Shown in pieces: positions 30,107 to 38,944 of a stretch of 53,464 nt of DNA; position 1 is the first letter of the stretch, and each line of letters starts with the position of its first letter. The DNA comes from an uncultured bacterium. GTDB lineage: Bacteria; Fidelibacterota; Marinisomatia; Marinisomatales; UBA1611. The DNA lies in contig CAZGFQ010000009.1 in NCBI GenBank assembly GCA_964525185.1, positions 3,791-57,254 on the forward strand, in the 5' to 3' direction. The notes beneath the pieces were generated by a model that was not told the origin of the DNA, ran no database searches, and saw nothing but the letters and a program-made list of their open reading frames with translations. The position numbers and the translations under genes were made by a program.

Positions 30107-31847
30107 TTAATGTGTTCTGGAGTTCGATAACTTTTTTTATTTCATCTTCCACATTTCCGCCACTCGCTTCTTTTTTTCTAATAAGGTGACGTAATGCTTG
30201 AATTTTTTCTTTTATAGGCTTTGATTTTAAGATATTCAGACAGTCTTTTACAATCTGTTCAGGTATTCCATGAATTTCTTCTTGAATTAGTATTTCTGTT
30301 ACAATATCGCGCTCATCTTTATCGCTAAAAGATTCAGCTAAAGCAGAGTGGTCAATAACCATTGCTTTACTCATTAGTTTCTCTGCTAACTTTTTTAAAA
30401 TGGGTTCAATAAAATCATTAGGAGAAATATGGGTTTTTACAAGTTGTCTATGATCTGGGTCCTCACTCGCTAATAATCTAATTAATTCTAATTGTGCCCT
30501 TTGATCAACTGATGAGAATGAAAACATTCGTTTTTCTCTTATGGGTGTTTCGTTCGCAAAAGGCGAAGGCCGTCGTTGAGATTGGCGCATATATTTCTCG
30601 AGGTCCTTATCTCTTATTTGAAGTCTATCGCCCACGGTTCGCAATAATTCATCTCGAATGATACCATCCGTTATACTTGTAATTTCTTGCAGAAGTTCTT
30701 TAACATAATCACTCCTATCCACCCCTTTTAGTTTATCTACTTTATAAAATGAAAAATGAAAATCAATAAAAGGTTGCCCATTATTAATGGCTGATTGAAC
30801 AGTTTCTTTTCCTGCTTCTAAAACCCAATCATCTGGATCTTTCCCCTTTGGTGGGCATACAACTGTCGATTCGACTCCGCTTTTTAATAAAACAAATCCC
30901 GCTCTAGTAGCCGCATTTCCTCCTGCGTTATCTCCATCATAAAATAATACAGCTTTATTGGATAGCTTTTTTAAATTTCGTGCATGATTCTCAGTTAATG
31001 CTGTTCCTGATACAGCAACCACATTTGTTATCCCCGCCTGATATAATTGTAGAAAATCAAAATAACCTTCAACTATAATTGTAGAACCATCTTTTCGTAT
31101 TGAGTCTCGTGTAGCGTGGGCACCGTAAAAGATACCGCTTTTTTTATACAGTGGCGTTTCGGGAGAATTTAAATATTTTGCAGGATCATCATCACCAAAA
31201 ACACGGCCCCCAAATGCAATAACTTTCCCAGATCGGTTGAAAATAGGAACCATAATTCTTGACCTAAACCGATCGAATGTACCTTTATCTGTTCTTGAAA
31301 AAAGACCTGTCTTTAGTAATGTATCCGTAGAAATGTTTTCTGCATTTGTATGCTTTGTTAATTGGCTCCAAGTATCAATAGCAAGCCCAAGTTTAAATTG
31401 TTTTATAATATCTTCAGAAAAACCTCGAGATTTTAAATAAGCTAATGCTTTTTCGCCCATTGGAGAAAATAAATTATCCTGATATAGTTGTGTAGCTACA
31501 TCATGAAGTTCGTATAGCTTTGAATAAATATCTCTTGATTTATCATCTTGAGTAAAATCAACTTGAATGCCATATCGTTGACCGATTGTTTGGACTGCTT
31601 CAGGGAATGGTATTCTTTCATATTCCATTAAAAAGGTTATTGCATTTCCCCCTGCGCCACATCCAAAGCAATGATATATTTGTTTAGCGGGGGCAACACT
31701 AAATGAAGGTGTTTTTTCATTATGAAAGGGACAAAGTCCAAAATAATTCCCACCACGTTTTTTTAGATCGACAACTTCTGAAACGATATCAACAATATTT
31801 GCGGTATCTCTTACGTGGTCAATTGTGTCTTGTGGGATTTGCGCCAT
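30090..31847 (-). CDS. dnaG: DNA primase
   Basis: CPFHNEKTPSF..CFGC zinc finger, FGGR, KYLNSPET, VEGYFD, YDGD TOPRIM. Confidence 0.99.
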   Translation of the reverse strand: MAQIPQDTIDHVRDTANIVDIVSEVVDLKKRGGNYFGLCPFHNEKTPSFSVAPAKQIYHCFGCGAGGNAITFLMEYERIPFPEAVQTIGQRYGIQVDFTQDDKSRDIYSKLYELHDVATQLYQDNLFSPMGEKALAYLKSRGFSEDIIKQFKLGLAIDTWSQLTKHTNAENISTDTLLKTGLFSRTDKGTFDRFRSRIMVPIFNRSGKVIAFGGRVFGDDDPAKYLNSPETPLYKKSGIFYGAHATRDSIRKDGSTIIVEGYFDFLQLYQAGITNVVAVSGTALTENHARNLKKLSNKAVLFYDGDNAGGNAATRAGFVLLKSGVESTVVCPPKGKDPDDWVLEAGKETVQSAINNGQPFIDFHFSFYKVDKLKGVDRSDYVKELLQEITSITDGIIRDELLRTVGDRLQIRDKDLEKYMRQSQRRPSPFANETPIREKRMFSFSSVDQRAQLELIRLLASEDPDHRQLVKTHISPNDFIEPILKKLAEKLMSKAMVIDHSALAESFSDKDERDIVTEILIQEEIHGIPEQIVKDCLNILKSKPIKEKIQALRHLIRKKEASGGNVEDEIKKVIELQNTLNELTN

Positions 31848-31851
31848 AATA

Positions 31852-32388
31852 CTAAATCGTCATGCCAGTTGATAAGCTTTGAATGAACTCTTCACTCTTT
31901 TTAATGGGATCTTGCCAATGAAATGTTTCAATAATTCCATCACGAATAATAATGTTTGTTTTTGCTATTCGGGAATTATCAATAATAATGGATGACCACT
32001 TATCTAAGGGAAGTATATCGATAAACCATATAATTACAGCCATTACAACTAATCCCTTTAATGCGCCAAATAAAACACCCATAAATTGATTGACCCATTG
32101 ATTGTTGTCAGATAAAAATGCAATATGGAAAAATTTTGTTAATAATCTTACTGAAAATATTGTTATTGCGAATAACCCAGCGCCAGACAAAATCATTTCA
32201 ACCCAAGGATCTATAGCTAATAGTTCATGGATTTTCCCTGCAAGAATTATATAATATTTAAACGAAATAAATGTGGCTAATACTAGCCCAAATAATCGGC
32301 CTAGTTCTTCAATTAAGCCTCTTTTAAATCCAATCATTCCCATTACAATAAGATAAAAGACAGCAAACCCGTCAATAAAATATCCCAT
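31852..32388 (-). CDS. cvpA: CvpA family membrane protein
   Basis: GFKRGLIEE, NQFMGVLFGALKG, 4 TM helices. Confidence 0.85.
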   Translation of the reverse strand: MGYFIDGFAVFYLIVMGMIGFKRGLIEELGRLFGLVLATFISFKYYIILAGKIHELLAIDPWVEMILSGAGLFAITIFSVRLLTKFFHIAFLSDNNQWVNQFMGVLFGALKGLVVMAVIIWFIDILPLDKWSSIIIDNSRIAKTNIIIRDGIIETFHWQDPIKKSEEFIQSLSTGMTI

Positions 32389-32832
32389 TCAGGAGAGCAA
32401 ATCCCTTAAAATCAGGTTTGCTGCTTTTCCGTCAATCTGCCCTGCACCTCGCTTTAAAACTTCGGGCATTACTTTTCCCATATCACTTATAGAATTTGCC
32501 TTCGTTTCTGCAACAACACTTTCTACAATTTTACGAATCTCTTCTTCGCTCATCATTGTTGGTAAGTATGTTTCCATTATATCAGCTTCGAATTTTTCAA
32601 CATTGGATAGTTCTTCTCGTCCAGCATCCAAATATATTTTTTCAGATTCACGCCTTTGCTTTACGAGTGTTTGGATTGTTTTGATCTCTTCCGCTTCTGA
32701 GAGATTATCCCTTTTTGCAATTTTTTTATCTTTTAATTTTGCTATCACACCACGAAGAGTGATTGCTTTTTGCTTTTCTCCTGCCTTCATAGCTTCATAC
32801 ATATCTGATTGTATTTTTTCAAATAAACTCAT
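32389..32832 (-). CDS. GatB/YqeY domain protein
   Basis: DMYEAMKAGEK, KQRRES, YLP, DMGKVM, DGK. Confidence 0.93.
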   Translation of the reverse strand: MSLFEKIQSDMYEAMKAGEKQKAITLRGVIAKLKDKKIAKRDNLSEAEEIKTIQTLVKQRRESEKIYLDAGREELSNVEKFEADIMETYLPTMMSEEEIRKIVESVVAETKANSISDMGKVMPEVLKRGAGQIDGKAANLILRDLLS

Positions 32833-32841
32833 TTTTTATTC

Positions 32842-33666
32842 CTACGATTGATCAATTTTTTTCATTGCCATTAATAATTTATCTTTATTATTCCCAAACC
32901 CAATAAATCGTCTTCCTGCTTTTTTGGAAATGCGCCCTATAATTCCTTCCCCTAAAAATGGGTCCAAAACCCAGTTTAATTTAAAACTGCTTGCGCTTAA
33001 AACTCGATTCACCAAACGATCTGGGATAGATTCATCACCGGGTAGAGGGCGTATATCTGCCCAAAAATTTGAATTAATAATTGGACGCTCATCAAAGACT
33101 GATTCATTAGACTCTTTTTGGACATAATTCTGATTAAAAAGAAAATCATTTGTTTTGGTTGCAAACCAAATGTCTGAAACTTGGTTTTTCCAAGTTGCAG
33201 ATTTTGACTTTCTACCACTTGGAATATTGTTCCAGGTAATTCGAGATTGAACCTTTAAGTGGTTGCTTAATAAAGCATGGTACATTCCAGAATAGCGCCA
33301 ACCACATAATAGATAAATGGCTCCTGTAGGTTGTAAAACACGCATGGATTCTTTCAACCAATTATCATTCCACTGATAAAAATCTTGAAGGGTCATTTTT
33401 TCAGGTCGGTTATCATTGTCTGTCCAAGGGTCTTCTGGTGGTTGAGCCATAATTAAATCAATCGAATTTTCGGGTAATTTTTTTAATCCGTCAATAACGT
33501 CAGCTAAAAACAATCCTTCTGCCATAGAATCGGGTGTCATGTTAATATCTTCAGCCGTTTGGACAGCTGGCAAATATCGATTTAAATCATTTATAGTCAG
33601 CCCTGGGTATGGTTCCAATGGATTACTAAATAGTGGAGTGAATGTTTCTTTTGATTCTTCTGGCAT
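32842..33666 (-). CDS. Beta-class N4/N6 DNA methyltransferase-like protein with degenerate catalytic motif
   Basis: LPENSIDLIMAQPPE (in place of DPPY), RVLQPTGAIY, ITW, VLDPFLGEG, GRRFIG. Confidence 0.75.
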   Translation of the reverse strand: MPEESKETFTPLFSNPLEPYPGLTINDLNRYLPAVQTAEDINMTPDSMAEGLFLADVIDGLKKLPENSIDLIMAQPPEDPWTDNDNRPEKMTLQDFYQWNDNWLKESMRVLQPTGAIYLLCGWRYSGMYHALLSNHLKVQSRITWNNIPSGRKSKSATWKNQVSDIWFATKTNDFLFNQNYVQKESNESVFDERPIINSNFWADIRPLPGDESIPDRLVNRVLSASSFKLNWVLDPFLGEGIIGRISKKAGRRFIGFGNNKDKLLMAMKKIDQS

Positions 33667-33685
33667 AAGTTAATTTATGTTTTTT

Positions 33686-34306
33686 TCAAATCTTCTCAAG
33701 TATTTGTTTTTCAATATTTTCTAATTGATCATGGTCTTCAAAAATATTAAACCCATCTGACTCAACTATTAAAACAGGCATATTCGTAATGGAATTCACC
33801 CAACGATCATATGAAATATTTAAACTATGTAGATATTCTGGGTCAATGGATTGTTCGTAATCTCTACCACGAGATTTTATTCTACTTATGAGCGTATCTG
33901 TGGATGCTTTTAAATAAACAATTAAATCAGGTTTTTTTAAAAAAGAAGTCATTACTTCAAATAATCCACAATAATTGTCCCAATCTCGTTTATTCATATT
34001 CCCCATTTCGTGAAGATTCCTTGCGAAAATTTCTACATCTTCATAGATAGTTCGATCTTGAATAACACCTTGCGTTTTTGATGACATTTCTTGGTGAGTT
34101 TCAAATCGTTTATGTAAAAAGTATATTTGAAGATTAAAGCTCCATCTTTTCATGTCACCATAAAAATCAGATAAATATGGATTATCTGACACAGATTCAT
34201 AATAAGGAAGCCAATTTTGTCTTTTGGACATATGATCTGTGAACGTTGTTTTTCCGGCACCAATATTTCCAGATAAACCAATAAAAGGGAATTTGTTATT
34301 TTTCAT
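33686..34306 (-). CDS. Deoxynucleoside kinase (dAK/dCK/dGK family)
   Basis: GNIGAGKTT, NPYLSDFY, LQIYFL, DRTIYED, RGRDYE; start moved to ATG 34306. Confidence 0.93.
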   Translation of the reverse strand: MKNNKFPFIGLSGNIGAGKTTFTDHMSKRQNWLPYYESVSDNPYLSDFYGDMKRWSFNLQIYFLHKRFETHQEMSSKTQGVIQDRTIYEDVEIFARNLHEMGNMNKRDWDNYCGLFEVMTSFLKKPDLIVYLKASTDTLISRIKSRGRDYEQSIDPEYLHSLNISYDRWVNSITNMPVLIVESDGFNIFEDHDQLENIEKQILEKI

Positions 34307-34390
34307 GGCCGGAAAATACTGATGAATCGCCAATGGCAGAAGATTGATTTATTGACAATTTCATATTTTGTTACTGAAATTCCATTATAT

Positions 34391-34810
34391 ATGGATCGAA
34401 AGAAAAAAGTTTTATTCGTTTGTACGGGAAATAGTTGTAGGTCTCAAATGGCGGAAGGCATTATGAGAGACCTGGCGGGCAACACGTTTGAAGTGTTTAG
34501 TGCGGGGAGCCATCCATCACGAGTTCATCCAATGTCAATTGCGATTTTAGCAGAATGGGGAATAAATATTTCTCATCATACATCTGATTCTATTGATCAA
34601 TATTTGGATAATGAAATTGATATCGTGATTACGGTTTGTGATAATGCAAATGAAATTTGCCCTATTTTCCCTGGAGATGTTAAAAGGATACATTGGAGTA
34701 TCGATGACCCTTTTCATGGATGGGGCGATGAGGAGCAATTTAAAAATCGATATAGAGAAACTCGAAATGATATTAAAAACAGAATTGAAAAATTGCTACA
34801 AACAGAATAA
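34391..34810 (+). CDS. arsC: Thioredoxin-coupled arsenate reductase / LMW-PTP family
   Basis: CTGNSCRSQMAEG, VCDNANEICP, HWSIDDP; start moved to ATG 34391; TTGACA at 34352-34357. Confidence 0.88.
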   Translation: MDRKKKVLFVCTGNSCRSQMAEGIMRDLAGNTFEVFSAGSHPSRVHPMSIAILAEWGINISHHTSDSIDQYLDNEIDIVITVCDNANEICPIFPGDVKRIHWSIDDPFHGWGDEEQFKNRYRETRNDIKNRIEKLLQTE

Positions 34811-34836
34811 TATATAGAACACTTATAAAGAACCAT

Positions 34837-37800
34837 TTGAAATATTTATTTACAATCTTCTTTTTTTGTTATTCTCAATTATATGCTCAAATTCTTTTTA
34901 CTGAAATATTATATGATTTGCCTGGTCCAGATTCACCAAATGAATTTGTAGAAATATATAACCCATCGATTACCGACACTATTCATTTGGACGGCTGGAC
35001 AATCAAAGACCGTCTATATACAGACACCCTTGAAGATTCTGGAGACGGATTATCGGTTCCGCCTAATGGGTATGGACTAATTCTAGAGGGTGATTATGAT
35101 TTATCTAATGGCATATATCAAGCTATTATCCCAGTAAGTACGATAATTATAAAAGTTGATGATTCTAGTATTGGGAATGGACTTTCGGGTTCAGACTCAT
35201 TATTTTTATATGATTCTTCAGGCGTTTTGGTTGATTCCTTTGGTTGGGAAGATGTGGCTGATGATGGTTTTTCTTTAGAAAAAGCGCGCCCTTCTCATCC
35301 TAATGAACCATATAACTGGCTCCAAAGTCGCGACTCCTTAGGATCACCCGGCCAATTAAATAGCGTATATCCTTTGGACATAGATGGATCCATTGTTTCG
35401 AATACAATTATACTTTCTCCACCTATTATTGAATCAAATGAAACAACAACTATCATGGGCAAAATAGTTAATGATGGTTTTCAATCATTTGATGGACAAA
35501 TACATATAATCAACAATAATGAAATAATTGCTTTAGAATATTTTTCTACTTTAACTGAATTAGATACAACAGAGTTTGAGTTGGAAATTGGACCATTTTT
35601 TTCTGGAGAACACACCATTATTGTTTCTCTTGTTATTGAGAATGACTTAAATCTTTTGAATAATATTGATTCTATTTCTTTGGGCGTAAAATTCGAGCCA
35701 TCTCTATTTCGAATTAATGAATTTTACCCACAACCAACAAGCGATGAGCCAGAGTTTATTGAGTTGATTTATTTTGGGAGCGACACATTAAATATATCTG
35801 GATGGAGAGTAACTGATAATAGCGATGGATTAAATTATGTTTGGCCTAATAAAACCGTTTCTCCAAATGAATATTTTATTATTGCTGATGATTCTTCATT
35901 TTTTGATATTTCACCAGAAAATAGTCTCTATATCGTTCCCGATGGTGGGTTCCCAACTCTGAATAATTCCGGCGATATTATTCGCCTACTTGATCCTTTT
36001 AATACAATAATTGATTCCCTTATCTATGATTCAAATTGGGGATATTCATCAGGAGTTTCAGTTGAAAAAATATTTCCAGAATCTAATTCTTATGATATAA
36101 ATAACTGGGAGCCCAATTCGTCTGAAATTGGAAAATCTCCCGGCGTTGTAAATTCTGTAACACCTTCAGAAATAAATGGATCACTAGGAAATATTGTCAA
36201 CTTTATCCCATTAACGCCTAATGAAGATGAACCATTTTTAATACAAGTTCCTGTAATTAATTCGGGAGTTAATATTTTTTCCGGATCTGTTCAGGTAGAT
36301 TATAACGGGTTGAATATTTCTGAATCTTACTTCACATCTGGCGTATTAGCAGAAACAACATTCGTTTCTCTTTCAATGCCGGGATTTGAATCTGGTATAC
36401 ATACCTTAGAAATAAGCCTCATTATATCTGAAGATTCTAATTTGAATGATAATACAATCATTGATACGCTATTAGTTCGTTATGGGTTTAATGATATTAG
36501 CATAAATGAATTCATGGCTTTACCCAATAATGACCAGGCTGAATTTGTAGAAATTGTATCTAATCGCGATATGGAAATGACAAGTTGGGGATTTAGCGAT
36601 AACCGCAAAAACCCAAGTGAATTGCAAAGTATTATTGTTCAAGAAAATGAATTTATAGTTATTGCATCTGATTCACTTATTTTTAATTTTGTTCACCCAG
36701 AAGCGCATACTATTGTACTTCAAAATCAGTTCCCATCTCTCAACAATTCTGGAGACGCCATTTATATATACGACATGACAGGCGCTATAATTGATTCCCT
36801 TATCTATAATGAGAATTGGCATCTTGAGTCAGAAATATCAACAGAAAAACTTCGACCTGAATTCGAATCAAATCTAAATAATAATTGGACTTTAGCTGAC
36901 CCGGTTATTGGCAGTACTCCAGGAAATGAAAATAGCAAAATATTAAAAAACATTGATGGCTCTATTATTCAATCATTTGTAACACATTCTCCCGAATTCC
37001 CTGAATTATCAGATTCGATTCAAATAAATATTTCTATTTATAATGCAGGCATTTCACCTTTTTCTGGTTCTTTTTATGTGGAAGAAAATGATGATGAATT
37101 GGCTGAAAATTCTTTTTCATTCATTGATCCTGGGGATACGTTAAATATACCTTTTATGGTTATGCCATTCAGTTCTGGAATTCATTTTATTCAGATATAT
37201 TTAGTTATACCGGGTGATTCTCAGCCCAACAATGATTATGGAGCCGATACAATCTTTGTTTCGTTCCCCCTTGGAAGTATAAAGATAAATGAATTTATGT
37301 CGCTAACTGATTCTAACCATTTTGAATTTGTAGAAATCGTATCTTTTGAAAAGTTAAATATAAATAATTGGGCATTAACAGATTTATCAAATCGATTAAT
37401 GTTTTTTCCAAACATTGATTTAAATCAGGGGTCCTATTTTACATTATTAAGTGATTCTTCATTGCTTAATTCAATTCCAGATACGGCACTATTTTCAATA
37501 TCCAGTAATATGTTCCCAAATCTAAATAATACATCAGATGGAATTTATGTTTTGGACATGACTGGAAAAATAATTGATTCTCTTATCTATAATGATAATT
37601 GGCCTATTTTAGAAAATAGGTCTACCGAAAAATTTCAACCAAATTATGAATCTAATTCTTCGAAAAACTGGGGTATTGCAGTAAACGAAATGGGTTCCAC
37701 TCCAGGCATGGAAAATAGTCTCGCATTCGATTCTCTACCAATTGATGGGTCTGTAACGCTATCTCCAAATCCATTTTCACCTAATAATGATGGATTAGAT

Positions 37801-38064
37801 GATTTGCTAAATCTTTCTTATTCACTCCCATTTGAGAATAGTACATTGCGTGTTGAAGTATTTGATATGGCAGGTCGCACAATTGCTCAACCATTTTATA
37901 ATTTAAACGTGGGGCAGAATGGTGTTTTATTTTGGGATGGATTAAGAACGTCGGGAGAAATCGCTCGAATGGGGATTTATTTAATTAAAATAATTGCGAA
38001 GGATCATGCATCCGGGAAAGAATGGATGGACATACAAACAATTGTTCTTGCAAAAAAATTATAA
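34837..38064 (+). CDS. Large acidic secreted protein: 4 lamin-tail domains alternating with Ig/CARDB-like domains, C-terminal T9SS-type/FlgD-like domain
   Basis: Repeated INEF...EF(V/I)E...W...LNNSGD...IIDSLIY...S.EK...W...(S/T)PG..NS units; C-terminal SPNPFSPNNDG...VFDMAGR...WDG...GIY. Confidence 0.8.
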   Translation: MKYLFTIFFFCYSQLYAQILFTEILYDLPGPDSPNEFVEIYNPSITDTIHLDGWTIKDRLYTDTLEDSGDGLSVPPNGYGLILEGDYDLSNGIYQAIIPVSTIIIKVDDSSIGNGLSGSDSLFLYDSSGVLVDSFGWEDVADDGFSLEKARPSHPNEPYNWLQSRDSLGSPGQLNSVYPLDIDGSIVSNTIILSPPIIESNETTTIMGKIVNDGFQSFDGQIHIINNNEIIALEYFSTLTELDTTEFELEIGPFFSGEHTIIVSLVIENDLNLLNNIDSISLGVKFEPSLFRINEFYPQPTSDEPEFIELIYFGSDTLNISGWRVTDNSDGLNYVWPNKTVSPNEYFIIADDSSFFDISPENSLYIVPDGGFPTLNNSGDIIRLLDPFNTIIDSLIYDSNWGYSSGVSVEKIFPESNSYDINNWEPNSSEIGKSPGVVNSVTPSEINGSLGNIVNFIPLTPNEDEPFLIQVPVINSGVNIFSGSVQVDYNGLNISESYFTSGVLAETTFVSLSMPGFESGIHTLEISLIISEDSNLNDNTIIDTLLVRYGFNDISINEFMALPNNDQAEFVEIVSNRDMEMTSWGFSDNRKNPSELQSIIVQENEFIVIASDSLIFNFVHPEAHTIVLQNQFPSLNNSGDAIYIYDMTGAIIDSLIYNENWHLESEISTEKLRPEFESNLNNNWTLADPVIGSTPGNENSKILKNIDGSIIQSFVTHSPEFPELSDSIQINISIYNAGISPFSGSFYVEENDDELAENSFSFIDPGDTLNIPFMVMPFSSGIHFIQIYLVIPGDSQPNNDYGADTIFVSFPLGSIKINEFMSLTDSNHFEFVEIVSFEKLNINNWALTDLSNRLMFFPNIDLNQGSYFTLLSDSSLLNSIPDTALFSISSNMFPNLNNTSDGIYVLDMTGKIIDSLIYNDNWPILENRSTEKFQPNYESNSSKNWGIAVNEMGSTPGMENSLAFDSLPIDGSVTLSPNPFSPNNDGLDDLLNLSYSLPFENSTLRVEVFDMAGRTIAQPFYNLNVGQNGVLFWDGLRTSGEIARMGIYLIKIIAKDHASGKEWMDIQTIVLAKKL
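36007..37590 (+). repeat. Intragenic 21-bp direct repeat marking about 780-bp domain duplications
   Basis: ATAATTGATTCCCTTATCTAT at 36007-36027 and 36787-36807; one-mismatch copy at 37570-37590 (all encode IIDSLIY). Confidence 0.85.
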
Positions 38065-38093
38065 AAAAAGGGGCTTTAATAAAGCCCCTTTTT
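38063..38093. terminator. Bidirectional intrinsic terminator
   Basis: AAAAAAA-GGGGCTTT-AAT-AAAGCCCC-TTTTT between convergent genes. Confidence 0.92.
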
Positions 38094-38112
38094 CTCTCTT
38101 TTTATTTTTTAA

Positions 38113-38829
38113 TTAAAACCCAAAACCTATTCGTGCATGATAACTGGTAAATCCTCCTGAGCCAGGAATGATATCATCAGCCATGGTATAGCGCGCAAAT
38201 AGAAATGTATCTAACATTAATATTTTGAATTGAATCCCAGCTTGAGCATGATACCCGTCTGAGTTAATCCTGTTTTCATCTAAATAATCAATTAAAGCTT
38301 CTGTCTCAAATTCGCCATTTTCTAAATCACCACCAGATACAACCGCCTCAAACATTTCTTGACTTACCATTGGGGTACGAACATGTTTATTTGCACCCAA
38401 CCCAACAAAAAGTTTTGCTTTTGCAAGAAATGGAATTCCTAAACCGAATAGTTTTTTCCTCAGCGTTACATAATAAGATCCTGACAAAAGACCTGCCTGA
38501 GCGCTGTCAAGATTCATTACTTCATTTTTAAATGAAAAGGTATACGGAGAAACAGATGCAAATCCTTCTGCTTCCAGTGCTAAGCCAAATGGAATAGCAT
38601 CAAAATATACATAGCCACCAAAACCGCCACTATTTTCAAATCCTTGTGTTGAGAATTCCCCCACTTGAACCATTGTACCCATAACATCAACCATCATTGC
38701 GCTTGAAGAGTCGCCTACTGAAAACAAACTATAAGTACCTTGGGCACCAAAACCGCCAATTGCTTTTAGTGGCGAAAACGATAGAAATATTAATGTTACA
38801 ACTGAAATTATTTTTTTATAAAACGTCAT
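38113..38829 (-). CDS. Putative outer-membrane beta-barrel protein
   Basis: GGAGG SD before ATG 38829, signal peptide, Gly/aromatic strands, C-terminal YHARIGFGF. Confidence 0.7.
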   Translation of the reverse strand: MTFYKKIISVVTLIFLSFSPLKAIGGFGAQGTYSLFSVGDSSSAMMVDVMGTMVQVGEFSTQGFENSGGFGGYVYFDAIPFGLALEAEGFASVSPYTFSFKNEVMNLDSAQAGLLSGSYYVTLRKKLFGLGIPFLAKAKLFVGLGANKHVRTPMVSQEMFEAVVSGGDLENGEFETEALIDYLDENRINSDGYHAQAGIQFKILMLDTFLFARYTMADDIIPGSGGFTSYHARIGFGF

Positions 38830-38895
38830 AAGACCTCCTAATGTATTTATTATTTGGATTAATTTACATAAAAGATATGAGCAATTCATTAGCAT

Positions 38896-38924
38896 TTGAA
38901 TACCACCTTCTTCTTCAATAAATT
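38896..38924 (+). promoter_or_regulatory. Putative sigma70-type promoter for the M23-rhomboid-salvage operon
   Basis: TTGAAT-17 nt-TAAATT, 20 nt upstream of ATG 38945. Confidence 0.5.
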
Positions 38925-38944
38925 GATGGTATCATATTTATTCC

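Noticed and set aside
32842-33666. Functional restriction-modification system
   Set aside because: No endonuclease neighbour and the methyltransferase catalytic motif is altered
36007-37590. 21-bp direct repeats as CRISPR repeats or att sites
   Set aside because: They are in frame, about 780 bp apart and encode the same IIDSLIY motif of duplicated domains
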